A stretch of DNA of 60,468 nucleotides, counting the filler, from Chiloscyllium plagiosum (lineage: Eukaryota): assembly GCF_004010195.1 (NCBI RefSeq). It is 5 parts of 5 records of this genome, joined end to end, with 100 filler letters (N's around TTAATTAATTAA, not from the genome) between each part and the next. Parts side by side here need not be neighbours in the genome. Positions count along the whole stretch, not along the records: positions 25,756 to 31,733 come from NW_025203630.1; positions 31,834 to 53,249 come from NC_057734.1; 3 more parts are not named here. The stretch is one strand, 5' to 3'. Numbering within the stretch: the stretch's first letter is position 1; every line of letters starts with the position of its first letter. Under the pieces are notes generated by a model. It worked only from the letters and a program-made list of their open reading frames with translations. It was not told the DNA's origin and ran no database searches. Shown piece by piece: positions 25,756 through 37,345 of this stretch. The position numbers and the translations under genes were made by a program.

Positions 25756-26855
25756 ATCACTACTGAGCAAGGTGGTCAAGTTCCACCTAATTCAGCTGCT
25801 CGACTGGACCTGGGGCAGGTGGTGAGAGAACCAACAAGAGGGAAAAACATACTCACTATCAGCCTCACCAATCTGCCTGCTGCTGGTGTATCTGTCCATG
25901 ACAGTATCAGTAAGGGTGACCACCACACAGTCCATGTGGAGACAAAATCCCATCTTCACATTGAGATTACCTTACATTTTGTTGGGCAAGAGATACGGAA
26001 TCTCATGAAGAACGTTTTTTTAGCAGCAATTGGTAATGACTTGGAAATTAGTGCCCATTCAGGTGAGGCAGGTAAAGACACTCAGTGATTGCAATGGCAG
26101 ATTGGATGGGCTCTTGATGGAAATAAACCTGCAAGGCCCTGGGGGTTGAGTAGGAGAGAGGGTGGGACTGACTGGATTGCTCCATGAAATGACAGCATTT
26201 ACACACTTAGTCTTACCTTTTCACAAAGACTAGGAGAAACAGACAAACCAGTTCACAGAAGTGTTTTCTCAAGCAAAACACTCTTGAACCAACTCAGGGA
26301 ACAGGCCAGACTAGATTTACGAGAATAAATCAGCAAATCAATGGCAAGGGAACGGCGAACCAAAAGTGATGGAACTGAACAGTTTATTCAATAGCACAAA
26401 CAACGAGAGGGGGAGGGATGAAGGGCGGGAGGTCAGAGAGCATGCTGTAGGGGTCTGAAGGCTCTGCTGTCAATTGTGGGATGGAGGAAGCAGCAATGGG
26501 CAGGAGACCAGAGACAGAAGGTGGAAGGGGGAGGGAGGGAATGTGAGTCTGCAGCAAGACACAGAGTGAGGGAGGAGGGAGGCCATGGAGGCAATTGGCT
26601 GTCTGTGAGGTCAGATTCTGGAACAACGTTGTAAGACAGGGAAGGGACCACTCCATATTAGACAAGTTGGGGTTTGTGGAATGTGGCTTCAGGAAGCTGG
26701 GAGAGGACATTGAAATCATAGAGTCAGGAGATGGGACAAGCAGGAATTGGGGTTTCTGTGGTCAAGAGGCTGAGGTAGTGCGGAGACAAACAATGTTGTT
26801 CAGATTGAAATAAGAGACCTACGTGATGGACAGGATGTGGGGTTTGCAGCTCAGG

Positions 26856-28330
26856 TACTGGACAGTCCAGTGGGAAGGAGGCCCATATTTACTGTTTATT
26901 GGTCCTATGGGAAGGTGCCCCATGTTTACATCATCATAGAGTCATAGAGGTTTACAGCGTGGCAGCAGGCCCTTCAGCTCAACTCATCCATGCTGACCAA
27001 GTTTCCAAAACTGAACTAGTCCCATTTGCCTGTGTTTGGCCCAATCCTCTCTAAATCCTTCCTATCCATGTTCCTGTAAAAATGTCCTTGAAATGTAGTA
27101 ATTGTACTCCCCTCTACCACTTCCTCTGGCAGCTCATTACACATACACATCATCCTCTGTGTGAAAATGTTGTCTCTCAGGTCCCTTCTAATTCTTTCCC
27201 CTCTCAACTTAAACCTATTCCTTCTCATACTGGACTCTCCTACCCTGGGGAAAAAAAACTTTGGCTATTCACCTTATCTATGGCCCTAATGATTCTATAA
27301 ACCTCTCTAAGGTCACCCGTCAAACTCCTGCATTCACTGGAAAAATCTCTCGGCCTATCCATCCTCGCCGTGTAATTCAAACTCACCAACCTTGGTAACA
27401 TCCCTGTTAATCTTTCTTTTATCCAAACCAGTAGCATGTCAAATACCCTCTTCACCACCCTGTCTATCTGTGACACCACTTTCAAGGAACTATGTACCTG
27501 TACCCTTCAGTCTCTCTGTTCAACAACACTCACCATGGCTCTACCATTAATTGTTAATTCCTGCCCTGGTATGTCTTACCAAAATGCAACTCCTTTCATT
27601 TATCGAAATTAAACTCCATCTGGATTTGTTGACCCACTGGCCCAGTTGATCAAGATGACATTGCACTCTTGGATAACCTTCTTCCCTGTCCACGATGCCA
27701 ACAATTTTAATGTCAGCCACAAACTTCCTGACCATTCCTGCTATTTTCTCATCCAAATTGTTCATATAAGTGATGAACAACAGTGGATCCGGGATTGATT
27801 CTTGTGGCAGACGGCTGGTCACTGGCCTCCAGTCTGAAGAACAACCCTCTCTCACCAACCTCTGCCTCCTACCGTCAGGCCCATTTCATATCCAATTGGT
27901 TAGCTCTCCCTGGATCCTCTGTGATATAATCTTATGAAGCAGTCTACAATGGGGAACCTTGTCTAAGGCCTTGTTAAAGTCCATGTCGACGATGTGTACT
28001 GATCTATCTTAATCTATCTATTTCTTCAAAAACTCAACTATCCACTTGTCTCCATTAGAAGGACAAGTGAATAGAAGGCCCACATTTACTGGTCTTCTTG
28101 GAGTATCCAGTCAGAAGGAGGTCCATGTTTACTGGTCTCCTTTGGAGAGCCCATTAGGAAGGAGGCCGACATTTACTGGTCTTTATCGGAGGCTCAAGCA
28201 GGAACGATGCCCATGTTTACTGGTCTCTATTGGGAGCTTCAGTGGGAAGGAGGCCCATGTCTCTCCATGGGGCACTCTCGTGAACTGACGTCCATGTTTA
28301 CTGGACTCTGTTGGAGAGTCCAGTGTATCG
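26856..28330 (+). repeat. Degenerate ~44-45-bp minisatellite upstream of kappa V, split by a CR1 insertion
   Basis: Unit resembles cccatgtttactggtctctattggagagtccagtgggaaggagg; units at 26856-26930 and 28040-28330. Confidence 0.8.
26931..28038 (-). mobile_element. 5'-truncated CR1/HER1 LINE inserted in the minisatellite
   Basis: SDWRPVTSRLPQESIPDPLLFITYMNNLD...KFVADIKI RT motifs (27547-27858); catagagtcatagag tail. Confidence 0.88.
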
Positions 28331-29114
28331 TGGACACCATGGTGGGAGTGGGGTTCAGTTCCTTTCTGTTATAAATGTGTGATGATCCAACCCTCATCCC
28401 AGTAAAACACCCTGACTCAGAGACTGATCATGGAAGGGGAAGGAGAGGGGAAGGGATTGGAACATGTTGTGAATGGACAGGATGGGTCAGTGGGTCAGAG
28501 CCTGTCCTGTCCCTCCAGCTCACACTGATGGCCTGAGAATCTCCTCTCTCTGCTGGGCCTTCATGGAATGAGGTTTGTGTCCAAACCAGTCCCGAGTGAG
28601 AATAGGCCAACAGCACAAAACTGCCCTCATTTAACAAGAATCTGTCCATCTTCCTGAGAGATACCAAAACCTGATCAATGTGGAAATGGGCCTTTACTCC
28701 AGGAGAAGACATGCTTTTGGGGTCAAGGGTTAACATCCATTTGTGGGGCAGAGCAGAGAGAGAGATTTATCCTGAATTCAACTGTCACCACCTGGAACAC
28801 TGTGAGAAAGAGAGAGAAGCGAGACAGAGGGAGAGAAATAGAGGTTGAGTGGGATGCGGGGAAGGAGGGAGAGACAGAGGGAGAATACAGAGGCGTAGAT
28901 AACATTTGGAGGCTTTCAATTGAAGTGAGAGATGGAGAAAGATTATGAGACGGAGTGAGGAAGCGTGAGTGAGTTGGAGAGAGTGGTTATGAGACAGAGT
29001 GAGAGAGAGAGAATATGAGAGAGATTAACAGTGGGAGAGAGAGATAGATGTAGAGAGATCAAAGTAGCAGATGTGAGACAGAAAGGGGAAAAGAGAGAGA
29101 GAGAGAGAGAGAGA

Positions 29115-30050
29115 GATCCTGGTCACCACATTCTGGGAAGGATGTGATTGTACTTGAGAGGGGGCAGAGGAGATTTCTCAGGATGCTGCCTGGGATGGAG
29201 GGTCAGCTATGAGGAAAGATTGGAAAGGTTGGGGCTGTTTTCCTTGGAGCATTGAAGGTTGAGAGGGACCTGATAGAGAGGTATAAGATAATTGTTGGCA
29301 GTGATATGTTGCACAGGAAGGCACTTTATACAAGAGTAAAGGACTCAGTAACCAGGGACCGAGATTGAAGGTAACACAGACATGGACACATAGAAACTCG
29401 GAGCAGGAGCAGGCCATTCGGCCCTTTGAGTCTTGTGTGTCATTCAGTATGATCATGGCTGACCCTCTCTCTCAATGCGATGTTCCTGCTTTCTCCCCAT
29501 TTCCTTCATGCCGTTAAAATGCAAAACAACTCTCTTTTTTTTCTTGAATATATTCAGTTCCTTATCCTCCACAGCCATTTGTGGTAGAGAATTAATCAGG
29601 TTGACCATCCTCTGAGTGAAGAAATGTTTCCTCATCTCAGTCCTAAATGGTCTACCCCGTATCTCCCTGAGACTGCATCCCCTGGTTCTAGACTCCCCAA
29701 CCAGGGGAAACCTCCTCCCTGCCCGGGCCTGTTAGAATTTTAAATGTTTCAATCAGATTCCCTCTCATCCTTCTAAACTTCAGTGAGTCCAGGCCCAGTT
29801 GAGTTGCAGAGTGAGAGGAGAGTTGAGGGGAATTGTTTTCACCCAGAGGGTGGTGGGAGTCTGGAACTCACTGCCTGAAAGGCTGGTTGAGTCACAAACT
29901 CTCATGACATTGGAGCAGAATTTAGATATTCCCTTGTGTTGCTGTAGGCTCCAGGGTAATGGGCCAAGAGCTGGAGGATGGGATTAGTGTCATCAGATCT
30001 TTGTTTACCAGCACAAACACAATGGGCCAAATGGCCTCATTCAGTGCTGT
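29115..30050. mobile_element. Nested CR1 fragments (plus-strand copy interrupted by a minus-strand copy ~29390-29790), shared by the kappa upstream regions
   Basis: FTQRVVGVWNSLP (+) and MRKHFFTQRMVNLINSLP (-); homologous blocks at ~38280-39480, ~43000-44170 and ~54745-55550. Confidence 0.7.
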
Positions 30051-30080
30051 TCACATCAATCACTCTCTGAGACAAAGAGA

Positions 30081-30177
30081 GAGGAAGTGTGAGGGGCTGA
30101 CGTGGCTCTCTCTGCCTGATTCCATTTACGTACTGAGGAACACCCAGTCAGATTCTCACAGACTGCAGCTTTATAAA
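30081..30177 (+). promoter_or_regulatory. Kappa V promoter: PU.1/Ets box, CRE-like site, octamer variant, TATA
   Basis: GAGGAAGT 30081, TGACGT 30098, ATTTACGT 30124, TATAAA 30172; same layout at 55593-55689. Confidence 0.65.
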
Positions 30178-30237
30178 GCAGAGCCCAGTGAAGGGAGAGT
30201 TTATCAGGAACCAGGCACAGGGACAGGAGCACACACC

Positions 30238-30286
30238 ATGATTTCACACATCCAGCTGATCTGGCCCCTGGCATTCTGTGTCGCAG
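30238..30286 (+). CDS. IGKV: Ig kappa (NS4-type) leader exon MISHIQLIWPLAFCVA-G
   Basis: ACCATG start, phase-1 GT donor at 30287, 186-bp intron. Confidence 0.9.
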
Positions 30287-30472
30287 GTACAAATCTCTCT
30301 CCTTCCACCTTGAATTTTTAGCTGCTCTCCATTTCACTCCAATTCCACTGATTTGTGATTGAAGGAAAAAAGCTGAAACCAGAGGAATGCTCAGTGTCTC
30401 CAACAATCTCTCATTTGACAGGCTCTTTCTGTGACAGTTCTGACTTCACTGTGTTTCTCTCTGATCCCTCAG

Positions 30473-30771
30473 GTATCAGTGGGGACATCACCATGACCCA
30501 GTCTCCCCCGGTCCTGTCAGTGGGACTGGGCCAGATCGCAACCATCACCTGTACGGCCAGTCAAGGTATTACAGATGACCTCATCTGGTACCAGCAGCGA
30601 GAAGGTCAAAAACCCTCTCTCCTGATCTATGAAGCAACAACTCGATTCACAGGAGTCTCCGATCGATTCACCGGCAGTGGATATGGGACCAGTTTCACCC
30701 TGAAAATCAGCAACGTTCAGAATGAGGATGTCGCTGACTATTACTGTATGCAGTATAACAGCTACCCTTGA
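30473..30771 (+). CDS. IGKV: Unrearranged Ig kappa V segment
   Basis: [52 protein letters not shown], both Cys and Trp intact; followed by a 12-RSS. Confidence 0.95.
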
Positions 30772-30799
30772 CACAATGATACAGAGCCATACAAAAATC
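30772..30799 (+). promoter_or_regulatory. 12-bp-spacer recombination signal sequence (V)
   Basis: Heptamer CACAATG, spacer atacagagccat (12 bp), nonamer ACAAAAATC; V-12/J-23 is the kappa configuration. Confidence 0.92.
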
Positions 30800-31180
30800 T
30801 CAAATCACACAGAATCACCTCCTGTACTGACACATCCACAGTTATATAAAATGCATAATAATGGACACACAGTCCCACTGCCTGAACTGACATATCCCAC
30901 AGTTAGATACAAATGAAACTGAACAAATTACCCCATGCTGGGATGGTCACTGTCTGCTACACACTCCAGTCCCTGTGGTGTCTCAATGCTCACTAAAGGC
31001 CTCAAGTTTCCCTCTTCCACTCCATGGCCACATGTGAAGAACAGCTGCAAGATTTAACAACGAAAAATAAAGTTCACAACCCAGAGGCAGAGACAGAAAG
31101 ACACAAAAAGAGGGTGAGAATGATCAACAGACTGGGAGATAGGGAGAGGGTGAGAGTGACAGAGGGAAGCAGAGAGCAGA

Positions 31181-31219
31181 GGTTTTTGTATAGCCTCTGC
31201 ACTGGAAGCTCTCACTGTG
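31181..31219 (-). promoter_or_regulatory. 23-bp-spacer recombination signal sequence (J)
   Basis: GGTTTTTGT, 23 bp, CACTGTG: consensus RSS. Confidence 0.95.
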
Positions 31220-31254
31220 GCTTACGTTCGGTAAAGGAACCAAGCTCAGACTGA
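31220..31254 (+). CDS. IGKJ: Unrearranged Ig kappa J segment ([11 protein letters not shown])
   Basis: FGxG motif; GTAAGT donor at 31255. Confidence 0.95.
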
Positions 31255-31623
31255 GTAAGTAAACCTCAATCCTCCATTAATAACCCTTTCAATACTGAAA
31301 CTTCCTAAAACACAAATGCTGAAATGCTGCAGGTGTTAGTGGGGAGCTGCAGTGAATGAAATGGTTGATGGAGGAGCCCTGTGTCTAACAGGGTGTCCTG
31401 CTGAATTTCTGTAGTCCTATTGCCCCGCTTAAGCAGCAAGATATAAGTCAGTCAGTTTTACTCACCGTGTGGAGGAGCTCTGTCCATTTGCAGCCTGTGG
31501 TCCCATTCCTGCAGCATGGAGTGAAATCAGTGAGTAGCCTCCTGCCAGTCTCAGTGTGACGGACACAGGCAGAGTTTGATGTGAGGTCTGGCTCCCTGTC
31601 CCAGTCTCTGATCTCACTGACCT

Positions 31624-31655
<32 letters not shown>
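31624..31655 (+). repeat. (CAG)n microsatellite abutting a CACAGTG heptamer in the J-C intron
   Basis: About 10 CAG units followed by CACAGTG at 31654-31660. Confidence 0.9.
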
Positions 31656-31833
31656 CAGTGAGACACCGAGCTCCCACCTCCCCCAGCTTTAACTCTGCTC
31701 AACCACACAATCACAGAATTGTTACAATGCACANNNNNNNNNNNNNNNNNNNNNNNNNNNNNNNNNNNNNNNNNNNNTTAATTAATTAANNNNNNNNNNN
31801 NNNNNNNNNNNNNNNNNNNNNNNNNNNNNNNNN

Positions 31834-33873
31834 TTTTTTTAAACAGTTTAACACCATCACGGCGGGGTGGGGGGCGGGGGGGTGGGTGTTGGGGAAGAAA
31901 GCAGGAGCATGGCAGTGAGAGAGAGGATCAGCCATGATCATACTGAATGACAGAACAGGCAGAAGAGGCTTAATGGCCGACTTCTTCTCGTAGTTTCTAT
32001 CTTTCCTCTTCTGTATTACCATCAATCTCGACCCCGCTTATTGACATTTCTATTCACGTCTCCTCTGAATAGACTTGGTTACTCTCCTTAGAGCATTGGA
32101 CACTAATGGGTGACTGGAATGAAGTATTTCAAATCATGAGGGGCTTGAATAGGGTGAATAGCTATGGTCTTTTCCCTAGGGTAAAGGTGTCCAAAACAAG
32201 AGGTCTGGTACGTTGGCGGAATTAGCTGCCAGATGAAGTGGTGGATGCTGTTACAATTACAGTATTTTAAAGACATCTGAATGGTTCAATGAATTGGAAA
32301 GGTTCAGAGGGCGATGAGCCAAATTCTAGCAAATTAGAGTAGAGTAATTTAGAATGTCTGGTCAGCAGGATGAGTTGAAACGAATGGTCCTGCTTTTGTG
32401 CTGTACACCTCCATGCCTTCATGAATCTACGCATGGGAACAAGTGCCTTCCAACACGCCCAATCTCTACCTCACATAATCTTATTCTGCTCCACCATATC
32501 TCCCCCGAACCTTCACTGCTCCATGGAAAATACACAGCGTTTCCAATCCATTCTCTTTACCTCAGAATGTCCAGGCCCGACAGTATAATGATAAATCTTC
32601 TCTGCCACCTCTCGAGTCTAATCACATCCTTCTGAAAATGTGTTGACAATCATCTGCCTCTCTGTCACTCCCTCTTTATTTGTCACTCATGCGTTAACAC
32701 CCTCTACATCCAACTCTCTCTCTCTCTTTCTATGTCTCTGTCTCTCTCTCTCACACACCCCTCTCTCTCACACACACAATCTCTCCCTCACTCACACAAA
32801 CCCCCTCTCACCCTTTCCCACATTGTTGCCAGGTAAATCTCCCTCTGCTCTGATTTAGTACTGATGTTGACCCTTGACTCCAGGAGCATGTTTTCTCCTG
32901 GAGAACGGCTTCATTAGCCACACTGGCCAGGTTTCAGCCTCTCACAGGAAGACAGACAGATTTTTTCGAATGGAGGGCAGTTTTGTGCTGTTGACTGGGG
33001 ATTGGTTTAGATATAACCCTCTTTGCATGAAGTCATACTAGAGGGGGGATATAATTAGGCCATCAGTCTGAGCTGTATAAACAATGCCTCTGACCCATTA
33101 AGCCATCCTGCCCATTCACAACATGTCCCTGTCCCTTTCCCTCACGTTTCGCTTTTTGTGATCAGGCTGCAAGTCAGAGCGTTTTACCGGGATAAAATCT
33201 GGACCATCACCACAGTTGCCAGAGAAAAGAAATGAACCCCACAACCATCATGGTTTCCCTGTCTAACAGACTTTCCAATAGTGATCTGTAAGCATGAACC
33301 TCCTGCGGACTGGAGCCTTCAAAACAGACCAGATTCCCATTCACTTTCCAGGGTAGACCGAACAAGAATGGTTTCCTTCCTATTTGACTATTCAACAGAG
33401 AACTCTACACATCAACCTCCTCACATGGACAGCGTTGAGTATTGCCAGCTTCCGACTGGACTCTCCAAATGGACCCCATTTCCAATTGGAACCTCCAATA
33501 GACACCACTGAAAATGAACTTTCTTTACACTAGACCCTCTTATAGTGACCAGTAGCCAATTGAGTTTTTGACGAAGTGACTCAAAAGAGAGATGAAGGGT
33601 TTAGATATAACCCTCTTCTGTATTACCATCAATCTCGACCCCGCTTATTGACATTTCTATTCACGTCTCCTCTGAATAGACTTGGTTACTCTCCTTAGAG
33701 CATTGGACACTAATGGGTGACTGGAATGAAGTATTTCAAATCATGAGGGGCTTGAATAGGGTGAATAGCTATGGTACATATTGTCCATGTGGACTTGGAA
33801 ACATTCCCCCATGACACACTGATTAGTAAAGTTGGATCACATGAGATTCATGGAGATCTAATCATTTCGATAC
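31834..33873 (-). repeat. Inverted copy of the kappa upstream region (matches ~37197-39100)
   Basis: Identical 72-aa ORF-track entry at 32640(+), 38062(-) and 42775(-); reverse-complement identity throughout. Confidence 0.95.
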
Positions 33874-34654
33874 TACTATATTCATCCTACTTTGACCTCT
33901 TAGGGTTTTGAAAGTTTCAAAATTCAAACTTCAATTTTCTGAACTCCAGTGAATATTGTATATTCATAACCGACCCAGTTTTTCATCAGATATAAGTCCT
34001 CTCATCCCAGGAATCAGTTTGATTTGTGCCCTTCCTGCACAGCCAGAACGTCTTTCCTCAGATAAGGAAATCAAAACTGCTCACAATAGTGCGACGAAAT
34101 TACACCATTAGAAGAGTCCCTTCGGACAATTGAATCAATGCCAGTCAACCTAAGCCTACACTAGCCCCACTTGCAATATAGGGCGCATAGATTTAAATGC
34201 TATGATATTTTAAGTATTTATCCAAGCACGTTTTGAATGTTATGAGGTTTCCCATCTCCATCTCTTGCTCAAGCAGTACATTCTAGATCCCCAATACCCT
34301 GTGGGTAAAACCTGCTCCTCAACTCCCCTCTAAACCTTCTGTTTTTCCGACGGAATGCATACCAACTTGGTATTGACCTTTTCACAAACAAGAACAAGCT
34401 GTTTTGTATTCTTTTTTCCCATGTCTCTTATAAACTTATACAACTCTCTTTAATCATGAATTCGAGTATTTTCCTCCAATAACACCGGAAACTTGCCATT
34501 TTCTATCTCACGACCTTTTTCAATTCTGAGATCTTATGAGCAAACAAGCAGTTATGAAGGAACATTACCTGAAAACAGAGAACCGTGATACTTGAACACC
34601 ATTATTCCAACAATTTATGTACCACCTTCTGGAATATTTTGGGATGTAAATTAT

Positions 34655-34780
34655 TGTGGGGTGAAGGGGTAAATGTAGGGGAATGGGTCTGGGTGGGTTG
34701 TGCTTCGGCGGGTCGGTGTGGGCTAGGTTGAGCCGATGGGCGTGTTTCCACATTGTAGATAATCTACTCTAATCTAATCT
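34655..34780 (+). mobile_element. HE1 SINE 3' fragment
   Basis: ggggtaaatgtaggggaatgggtctgggtgggttg...taatctaatct tail. Confidence 0.75.
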
Positions 34781-36259
34781 TCACTCGGAGAATAGAAATC
34801 TGTGAAAGTTGCAATCATAGAAAGCAGAAGAGCCAGAAATATTGAATGTTCTAACGGGGATTAGATGCAGTTAATGGTGAGTAAGCATGAACAGGGGATT
34901 GAGTTTGATGATCAGCCATGATCATATTGAATAACGGAGCAAGCGCAAAGGGCTGAATGGTGCAGATCTGCTCCTAGTTTGGCGACAGGCGACAAAGACG
35001 AGGGAAATTATGTGTCCCCAACAAGCAACATACGAATAGTGGTGTCCTCAGGGATCTGAGCTGGATCCTCAGCATTTCAGAGTATTTCCAAATGACCTCA
35101 GCGAAGGAACGGTCATGACAGGAGCCACAAAGATATGGCTGAGGTTTTTAGTGGCAGATCATTGTGATGTGGAGGACTGGGGGCTCAAGTAAAATTCAGA
35201 AATGAAGCCAAGTTTTAAAGAATCTGTTTAAGCAGGAGAAAGGGCTCTGGGAGACGGATGTAGGTGGACACGAAGTTGAAGAAGATAGCTTTAATCTTGT
35301 AAAAGTGTGTCCTGGTCTACCTTGCTACAAAGTCCTGACAGCTGTTAGCTGCTGTGCCTTTCACTTACAAGGCACTTATTATTAGAGATTCTGACCACAG
35401 CAGAAAGCCCCAGTGTAAAAATAACTGCAAAGTCTGACATATCTCCCGGTTTAGCTTCACCAATAGAGGAAGTGAAAGGAGGACCTCAGACTAGCTGGAG
35501 TTTGTCACTGACAGGAGAGAAAAATGTGAACCGTCGGCACTCCCCGGAATCTAATGGCATAGGACGAGACCGGTCGACCCAACGTGTCTGTGATTCACAC
35601 ATTTAGTTCCATTATCCCCCTCTCTCTACCCATTAACCAGCAAATCTCCTCTTTCTAGCTTGACATGCAATTTCCTCTTGTAGACTGGGTGCACAACACG
35701 AGGCTGTCCTTAAGACGACCTCAAAACCGGGATCTTATTCATTCATTTGGAGATAACCTGACTCATTTGGGAAGTGGATTCAATGAGCATGATGCTGGAA
35801 ATGCACATCAGGTCTGCCAGCACCCGAGGAGCATGACAGTTGACGTTTCAGGCATAAGCTCTGGAAACTGCGCCTGACCTGCTCATCGGATGCTGCTTGA
35901 CCGCCTGTGCTTTTACAGCATCAAACACGTTGACTGATTAACTCTATTAGCGGGTCATTTGGGAAGGAGCTCCATGTTTACTCGTCTCCATTATCGAGTG
36001 CAATGCAAGTTGGACTATATTTTCTTGCAGAGAAAGTGAGGGCTGCAGATGCTGGAGATCAGAGCTGAAAATGTGTTGCTGGAAAAGCGCAGCAACACAT
36101 TTTTAGCTCTATTTTCTTGCCCTTATTGAGGGTGCTAATGGAAGGTGCCCACATTTATTCGTCTTTATTGGATAATATGAAAACAAGAGGCCAGTTTTAC
36201 TCCTCTGCATTTAAGAAGTAGGCCAGACTATCCATTTCCTGTCGGAAATGGTCCATGTC

Positions 36260-37345
36260 TAGGTGGGAAACAGGCCCTTTGGTCGACTCGTCCATGCCAA
36301 CCAGTTTCTAGAACTGAACGAGTCCCCTTTCCCTGTATGTGTCTCAAATTCATCTAAACCTCTCCTTTCAATGTGCCTGTCCTAATATTCTTGAAATGTA
36401 GCAATTGCACTTGTCTCTAACAGTTCCTCTGGCATCTCGTTCCATATAAGGTCCAACATTGTGTGAAAAGGTTGCCTGTCAATTCGCTGCTTAATGTGTT
36501 CTCCAATCGTAAACCTCTGTACTCTACTATTAGACTCTTTTAACTCAAGGGAAAATACTTCGTCTATTCGCTATACCAATGATGCTCATTAGTTCAAGGA
36601 GCCAGGATTGGACTAATGTAGAGAAAGTTAAATACAACACAATACAAGGTTATAGCCCAATAGGTTTATTTAGAAGTACCAGCTTTGGAAGCGCTATTCC
36701 GTCATCAGGTGATTCTTCATCATGGCTCTATAAACATGGACAATATTTCACCTCAGTCTCCTATGATAAAGCAAGAAGAAGTATAGACCTATCCACCTTT
36801 ATCATTCTAACTCTCTAGACTCGATAACATCCTGGTAAATCGATTTTTTATTATTTGTTTCAACAACACTCCCCAGGGTCAGAGCATGTCTTACCAAAAT
36901 GCAACTAACTTACCTAATTTTCCAGAAATTAAGCTCCACCGGTTTTTTTTGATCCGTTGGTACAGTTGATCAAGATGCTTATGTACTCTTCGACAACATC
37001 CTTCTTTGTCCACTATATCTCCAATGAAGGAGTCAGCCACAAATTGATTGAATATTCAAACTATGTTCTCATTCAAATAGTTCATATAAATGATGCACCA
37101 CAGTGGATCCAGGATTGTGCATTGCGTCAGACACAGGCTTCCAATCTTTAATAACAACACTCCACAACCAGACACTTCCTCCTACCAACATTTTTTAGTA
37201 TCGAAATGATTAGATCTCCATGAATCTCATGTGATCCAACTTTACTAATCAGTGTGTCATGGGGGAATGTTTCCAAGTCCACATGGACAATATGTACCGA
37301 TCTCCCTTCATCTCTCTTTTGAGTCACTTCGTCAAAAACTCAATT
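36260..37345 (-). mobile_element. Degenerate CR1 LINE within the minisatellite, with a Penelope-type end inserted at ~36590-36720
   Basis: Homologous to 26931-28038 with the same truncation point (caaaaactcaa); flanked by minisatellite units at ~35940-36200 and ~37350-37670. Confidence 0.7.

Noticed and set aside
31448-31732. Poly-Ala and poly-Leu (signal-like) ORFs on the minus strand
   Set aside because: Translations of the CAG microsatellite in the J-C intron; not conserved in the paralogous introns
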